Of a DNA stretch of 64,000 nucleotides, positions 58,600-64,000 are shown one piece after another. The number at the start of each line of letters is the position of its first letter. The first letter of the stretch is position 1. The DNA comes from Macrostomum lignano (taxonomy: Eukaryota): positions 248,001 through 312,000 of the forward strand of contig NIVC01000592.1 of assembly GCA_002269645.1 (NCBI GenBank). Direction: 5' to 3'. Below the pieces are notes generated by a model. The model was given only the letters and a program-made list of their open reading frames with translations, searched no databases and was not told where the DNA came from. The translations under genes and the position numbers were made by a program.

Positions 58600-59010
58600 C
58601 CCAACCTACTCTGTACTCCATCCTTCTTTGTGCTTCATCCTCCTCTGTGCTCCAGCCTCCATTGTGCCCCATCCTCCTCTGTGCCCCATCCTCCTCTGTG
58701 CCCCATCCTCCTCTGTGCTTCATCCTCCTCTGTGCTCCAGCCTCCATTGTGCCCCAGCCTCCATTGTGCCCCATCCTCCTCTGTGCCCCATCCTGCTCTG
58801 TGCCCCATCCTCCTCTGTGCTTCATCCTCCTCTGTGCTCCAGCCTCCATTGTGCCCCAGCCTCCATTGTGCCCCATCCTCCTCTGTGCCCCATCCTCCTC
58901 TGTGCTTCATCCTCCTCTGTGCTCCAGCCTCCATTGTGCCCCAGCCTCCATTGTGCCCCATCCTCCTCTGTGCCCCATCCTCCTCTGTGCCCCAGCCTCC
59001 ATTGTGCCAT
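58600..59010. repeat. 17-18 bp minisatellite (CCTCCTCTGTGCCCCAT), probably in the PIAS 3'UTR
   Basis: Seen directly. Confidence 0.92.
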
Positions 59011-59087
59011 ATCCTCTCCAGGGCCCCACTCCTACACAGCGTTGTGTAGGATTTCGGTTTGAGTTCGGGTTGGAAATATCACTTTGC

Positions 59088-62000
59088 TCACTGCCAGTAC
59101 TCCAGGCTCTCATCATCACTGGAGTCGTCATTTCCATTCCACTGCGGTTGATGGACTCCAGCGCTGCCTGGCTGCTGCATATTTGGAATCTGTGGCGGCG
59201 ACAGGTGCCGTTTTAAAGACGACGCCTGCGGCCGAGGATGATCAGCGCTGCCACTGACGGTCCTGAGAGCGGCTGCTGGCTGCTGCCGACGCTGTTGATT
59301 CACCAGAAACGATCTGCTGTAGAACGGCAGGTCGCGGCCTTTCTGCTGCTGCTGAGGTCGCCGATGATCTGGTCGAGAACCACGGGGATTGGTCAGCGGG
59401 AGGTCTCGCTGAGGCGAACGCTGGCGGCTGTGACGCGACCCGGAGGAATGACGCGATGGCGAGCGCGAGCGATTCGGCCGGGAGTCCCACGGCATCGGCG
59501 AAGGCGAGGCGTTGCTGTTGCTACCCGGCTTGGCTTGAGCGGCTGGCCCGAATCCGAACTGAGACGGCTGCTTTTGGCGCTGCTGCTGGAACTGCCGCAG
59601 GCTGTTGCTGGGCGGCTGGCGCAGGATCAGCATTTTCGGCTCCTCCTCTGCGCCAGGCAGATCAGCTGACGCCACCCGGCCGCTACGCCGGATAACCTCG
59701 GCCGGGGTCGGCAGCTGGAAGGCCGCGGTCTGCTCTCTGGTTGGCGGGAGCAAGTGCAGGTACGCTTGCCTATCATTCTGATCGTCTGGCAATGAGTCAG
59801 AGGCCGCCTGCTGCAACTGGCACTCCTGCTTCTTGGCTGACGGCTGCGGCTGGTAGGCTTGGCACTTGGACTGGCCGGCATTGGCTGTTGGCCATTGCTC
59901 TTGGCGCGTGACGAATGTTGCCGTGCCATTCTTGAATGCGCCCGCCGCTTCTGGCGCGGCAGCTGAGACAGAATTGGCCGCAGCTGTGGAGACATTATCC
60001 GGCGTCTCCTCCTTTGGTACAGTGTCGTCATCTTCTGTCAGGTCGATGACGATTGGCGCAGCGGAAGCGGCGGCGGCGGCGGCGGCAGGTGCGGCTGGGA
60101 CTGCACTAGCTGTTGCCATGGAAACAGGCGGAGAAATAATCACAGGCGGCGGAGGACGCGACGGCGCGTCATCGAGCTCGTCGTCGCTGTGGGCGATTTC
60201 CATGTCGGAGGACTCGGACTCCGAATCGGCCAGCGTCCACACCGCGTTGCTGGCTGCCGGGTTGCTCGATGCCGCCAGCTTGACTCCGCCGCCGCTAGCG
60301 ACTGTCTGCTGACTGGCAACGGCACCTGCGCCACCCCGAGACGATTCCGACTTGATCAGCTTCCATGAGCTGGGCCCGTCGAATTCAACGTAGCCGTCGT
60401 CGTGACTGGCGGCGGCGAGGATCTCTTGGAACTCGGTGTCCACGTACAGCTGGCGCGGCTGGGTCGGCAACTTGCAGCAGGGGCAGCGCCAGTCGAGACG
60501 GGACCGGTTCACGCTCAGGTAGGAGGCCGCATCGAAGCACTGCAGGTGCCGGCACAGAACGCCGCGGACAGGTCGGACAATGCGGGTCATACTGATGGGG
60601 CAGGTCAGGGAGGCTGGCTGCTTGGCCACCTGGCAGTCGCCGCTAGATAAAGAGCCAAACAGAGTGGATTTGCAGGAGCCGCGCGGGATTCTCGCCAGCT
60701 CAGCTTCGACGCTTCTATAGCGGATGAGCAGCGTCTCCAAGCAGAAGCGCTGGCCGTCTGGCTGGCACCAGGTGACTGTGACTTTATTACTCTCGCATAA
60801 ATCAGTCTTGGAGTGATCCGTAATGTCCACGGGGACTCCGGCGACGCGCCCGCGCATCTGGGCAAGCTGCTCGCTCTGCAGGACGTTGGAATTCAGCCGG
60901 ATGCTCAGCTGCTCGGGAAACTCGTCTACCCGGCTTTCGCCTTGGCCCTGAGAACACAGAGGGGATTGAGGCAAGTGCTCAGTATGCGATCTCGGCTTGC
61001 TTGGCAAACAGGGGTCAGACAGTGAGAGTGCAGAGAGGGGGTCAGACAGTGAGGGTGAAAAGAGGGGGTCAGACAGTGAGGGAGCAGAGGGGTCAGACAG
61101 TGAGGGAGCAGAGGGGTCAGACAGTGAGGGAGCAGAGGGGTCAGGCAGTGAGGGTGCAGAGAGGGGGGTCAGACAGTGAGGGAGCAGAGGGGTCAGACAG
61201 TGAGGGTGCAGAGAGAGAGTCAGACAGTGAGGGTGCAGAGAGGGGGTCAGACAGTGAGGGTGCAGAGAGGGGGTCAGACAGTGAGGGTGCAGAGAGAGAG
61301 TCAGACAGTGAGGGTGCAGAGAGAGAGTCAGACAGTGAGGGAGCAGAGAGGGGGTCAGACAGTGAGGGAGCAGAAAGAGGGTCAGACAGTGAGGGTGCAG
61401 AGAAGGGGTCAGACAGTGAGGGTGCAGAGAGGGGGTCAGACAGTGAGGGTGCAGAGAGAGAGTCAGACAGTGAGGGAGCAGAGAGGGGGTCAGACAGTGA
61501 GGGAGCAGAGAGAGGGTCAGACAGTGAGGGTGCAGAGAGAGAGTCAGACAGTGAGGGTGCAGAGAGGGGGTCAGACAGTGAGGGTGCAGAGAGGGGGTCA
61601 GACAGTGAGGGAGCAGAGGGGTCAGACAGTGAGGGTGCAGAGAGGGGGTCAGACAGTGAGGGAGCAGAGGGGTCAGACAGTGAGGAAGCAGAGGGGTCAG
61701 ACAGTGAGTGCAGAGAATAGGAGGCAGACTCACTAGCAGCTTGTAGAAACGCATAATAAGGCGAGCGCCAGCCTTGATCAGGGGGGCGTGTTCCGGCTTA
61801 ACAGTGAACTCCAGCAGCTGGCACTGCATCGCAGACAGAGGCTCGCTCTGTATCAACAGAGTCAGTGGGATCAAACTTCCCAGTACTTCCGCGAAGGGCA
61901 GCTGGACGCCACTAAATAACATTCGAGGCAAGTCGACCTGTCTGGCGGCTTCCCTAAGCTTAGTAGACCGGCACTTCAACAGGGCGGAGATCGGGACTGA

Positions 62001-62105
62001 TTGAGCGTCCAGACAGGCTAGGAGGCGCCTGTAGAGACGCGCCTTGCGGCCATTGTGACTGAGATTCAGCACTACTAGCAGCTCGCGAACCTCGTGCTGG
62101 GCCAT
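59088..62105 (-). CDS. PIAS: PIAS/Siz-type SUMO E3 ligase (SAP, PINIT, SP-RING, SIM), ~743 aa after splicing
   Basis: Exons 62105-61734 and 60947-59088; intron 61733-60948 (CTGCTA|gtgagt...ctcag|GGCCAA, phase 0). SAP-like EVRELLVVLNLSHNGRKARLYRRLL; PINIT-like PVDITDH...NKVTVTW; SP-RING LTCPISMTRIVRPVRGVLCRHLQCFDAASYL...WRCPCC; SIM IVIDLTEDDD. A possible extra first exon, 63193-63149 (MVQLQLNTRCNDIIE|gtaagt), splices in phase to tag|62120. Confidence 0.92.
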   Translation of the reverse strand: MAQHEVRELLVVLNLSHNGRKARLYRRLLACLDAQSVPISALLKCRSTKLREAARQVDLPRMLFSGVQLPFAEVLGSLIPLTLLIQSEPLSAMQCQLLEFTVKPEHAPLIKAGARLIMRFYKLLVSLPPILCTHCLTPLLPHCLTPLLPHCLTPSLHPHCLTPLLPHCLTPSLHPHCLTPSLHPHCLTLSLHPHCLTLSLLPHCLTPSLLPHCLTLSLHPHCLTPSLHPHCLTPSLHPHCLTLFLLPHCLTPSLLPHCLTLSLHPHCLTLSLHPHCLTPSLHPHCLTPSLHPHCLTLSLHPHCLTPLLPHCLTPLSAPSLPDPSAPSLSDPSAPSLSDPSAPSLSDPLFSPSLSDPLSALSLSDPCLPSKPRSHTEHLPQSPLCSQGQGESRVDEFPEQLSIRLNSNVLQSEQLAQMRGRVAGVPVDITDHSKTDLCESNKVTVTWCQPDGQRFCLETLLIRYRSVEAELARIPRGSCKSTLFGSLSSGDCQVAKQPASLTCPISMTRIVRPVRGVLCRHLQCFDAASYLSVNRSRLDWRCPCCKLPTQPRQLYVDTEFQEILAAASHDDGYVEFDGPSSWKLIKSESSRGGAGAVASQQTVASGGGVKLAASSNPAASNAVWTLADSESESSDMEIAHSDDELDDAPSRPPPPVIISPPVSMATASAVPAAPAAAAAAASAAPIVIDLTEDDDTVPKEETPDNVSTAAANSVSAAAPEAAGAFKNGTATFVTRQEQWPTANAGQSKCQAYQPQPSAKKQECQLQQAASDSLPDDQNDRQAYLHLLPPTREQTAAFQLPTPAEVIRRSGRVASADLPGAEEEPKMLILRQPPSNSLRQFQQQRQKQPSQFGFGPAAQAKPGSNSNASPSPMPWDSRPNRSRSPSRHSSGSRHSRQRSPQRDLPLTNPRGSRPDHRRPQQQQKGRDLPFYSRSFLVNQQRRQQPAAALRTVSGSADHPRPQASSLKRHLSPPQIPNMQQPGSAGVHQPQWNGNDDSSDDESLEYWQ
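61010..61710. repeat. 24-30 bp minisatellite (GTCAGACAGTGAGGG(T/A)GCAGAGAGGGG) filling the PIAS intron
   Basis: Seen directly; unit lengths keep the reading frame open. Confidence 0.95.
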
Positions 62106-62610
62106 GGTTGGCAGCAGATTCTAATAGATATTTGATTGATTGGTTGGTTGTGTCAAAGAAATTGAGAGCCAGAGCATCAGGTAGCTATATGGTTAAAAAC
62201 TATTAGTAATCATAGGTGTGCAACACTCAGATGGCGAGGGGCCCAGCCAAGTTAAATCGCAAAAATGCCACCCCCAAATACAGTCGTAGTACTAATTAGA
62301 TAACGAGGCATTTAGCCTTGATAATAGTCAAAGTAACTCCTGCCGGTTACTCCAAATTACCTTAATTTTTCCTGTTTTCTTTCATAGGCAAGTGGCATGG
62401 CCAGTGTAAATCAGGGGTGTTGTGCATGTATGTTAGCAACTGGATTTATGTCTTGGTCCTAGACATAGAAACAGCATAGAAATGCTCTTTCACAATATAC
62501 TAAATCTCTAAGTCAGATACTAATACTGGACTCCTTGACAACCAGGTAACTGGGTAGATAATACATGTACATACTCATTTTACACATTATTCCAAGCAGG
62601 GACTATTTAG

Positions 62611-62830
62611 GGGCTATAGCCTAGTGGTTTAGTCTGACATACACTGATGCACTAGCAGCCCAGGCTTGATTTCAAGTGCAGTGACATTAATTTAGGGCTT
62701 AATTGAAATCTTGGCTTGGTCTTGCTTAACACAATTAATGCCATTGAGAGCTAACCTTCTAAGGAATAGTGAAATGTATGCCTAATGATAAATAAAGTTA
62801 GGGCCATTATACACTACTGTGTATGCCTAT
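62611..62830 (+). mobile_element. tRNA-derived SINE family 2, CpG-free copy
   Basis: A box TAGCCTAGTGG and decayed B box GGCTTGATTTC; aligns with 40459-40671. Confidence 0.65.
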
Positions 62831-63721
62831 GTGCATAACTATATATGTATCTGCACCTATATGCCTATACAGAGGAATTAGCAAAATGGGCAATAATGTC
62901 TATTGCTAGTTATGCTTTAAAGTATGCCAATGTGCACATAATTGAGGTAAGGTACATTGTTTGAGGAAAGCTAAGAAAACAAAAGCAAAATGAAATGGAA
63001 CAAAAAGCAAATGAAAGCATTATCATTTTCTTAGCTTTCACATTGCCCTACTGCTATTAATAAAAGCAAGGACTAGTCTAGAAAAAAATTCAATACCAAA
63101 AGACAAACTTGCAAAATATATAAGGTCATAACAATGAAAATAACTTACCTCAATGATATCATTACATCTAGTGTTCAGCTGCAATTGCACCATTTTATAT
63201 ATCAACAATGCTATGCCAAAATATTGCCTTGGGCTTGTTTATGCTGAAAAATATTTCAAATTTCAAGTATTATACAAGGAAGTCTATAGTGTAGTACTCA
63301 TATATAATTATTGTTTTATTGCTAATTTTTGTTTTTGCCATTTGGATATAATTAGGTCTAGCTATATTGGTATAACAAATAGAAATGCAAAATAACTTAT
63401 TTAAATCACAAATGATAGTTTTGAAATGAACTTGACAGCATAATAATTTAGTAGTTTATATTGATAATGTAGACAAAAGCTTGCTCTAACATAGCCAAAG
63501 CAACTTGAGCTTGATATATTTGACTCAAATAGTTAGGCCTATTAGACCTAACATCAGGTGGAAGAGAATAGGCATGGTCATAGATATAGACCATAAGAGT
63601 GACAATTATTCTAGGCAAGGTATAGGGGCCAAAAGTGCTTTATAGGCCCTAATATCTCAAAATTAACTAGGCAAAAAACATTTTAAAAATGTTAAAATTT
63701 AAACTGTCAGTATGCAATAAA

Positions 63722-63950
63722 TTTCATAAAAAATGGCTGAACCAATTTTCTTCAAACTTGCACCATTTGATCAGAAATTTTCCTGGGACAGTACATATTG
63801 GCTAAGAAATTGCTCAATGTTAAAGGGATTCAATATTCAAAAACATGCTTTTTTGCAAAGGTCAAGCACAATTTTCTACTTGAAATACATTGTAAGAATG
63901 CTAAAGGCAAAACTGACTGGTTGAATTCTGATTCTAATAAAGATTACATC
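63722..63950 (-). mobile_element. Dispersed repeat (copy 2 of the 26820-27050 element, inverted)
   Basis: The reverse complement aligns with 26820-27050. Confidence 0.75.
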
Positions 63951-64000
63951 ACAACAAGTTGAAAACAGTGCCGAAGAAATGCACACACAACTTGATTTAG

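Overview
Eukaryotic (metazoan) genomic DNA, not prokaryotic. Exons are GC-rich with GT-AG introns, and almost every intron and intergenic gap holds its own mini- or microsatellite; by my rough estimate tandem repeats make up 40% or more of the window. This architecture resembles the flatworm Macrostomum, but that is inference only. I could splice seven protein-coding genes by hand with consistent exon phases: (1) a MANSC+LDLa (LRP11-like) gene, minus strand, truncated at the left edge; (2) an uncharacterised single-pass membrane protein (+); (3) a TPD52-family gene (-); (4) an intronless 421-aa orphan nested on the same strand in the last TPD52 intron; (5) a presenilin (+); (6) a PDZ...ASD2 Shroom-like gene (-); (7) a PIAS-like SUMO E3 ligase (-). 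Two tRNA-derived SINE families (one with a CORE domain), a TIR-bounded MITE-like element and another dispersed repeat are also present. The strongest unexplained signal is a set of sharply bounded 1-1.6 kb CpG-free AT-rich blocks in the 5' parts of genes. Copies of repeats inside these blocks show CpG>TpG/CpA changes relative to their homologues elsewhere in the window. Other notable signals are a tandem repeat made of perfect RFX X-boxes next to the nested orphan gene, and three separate minisatellites sharing an AGGGGCGATT core. Most long ORFs in the supplied track are artefacts of repeats.
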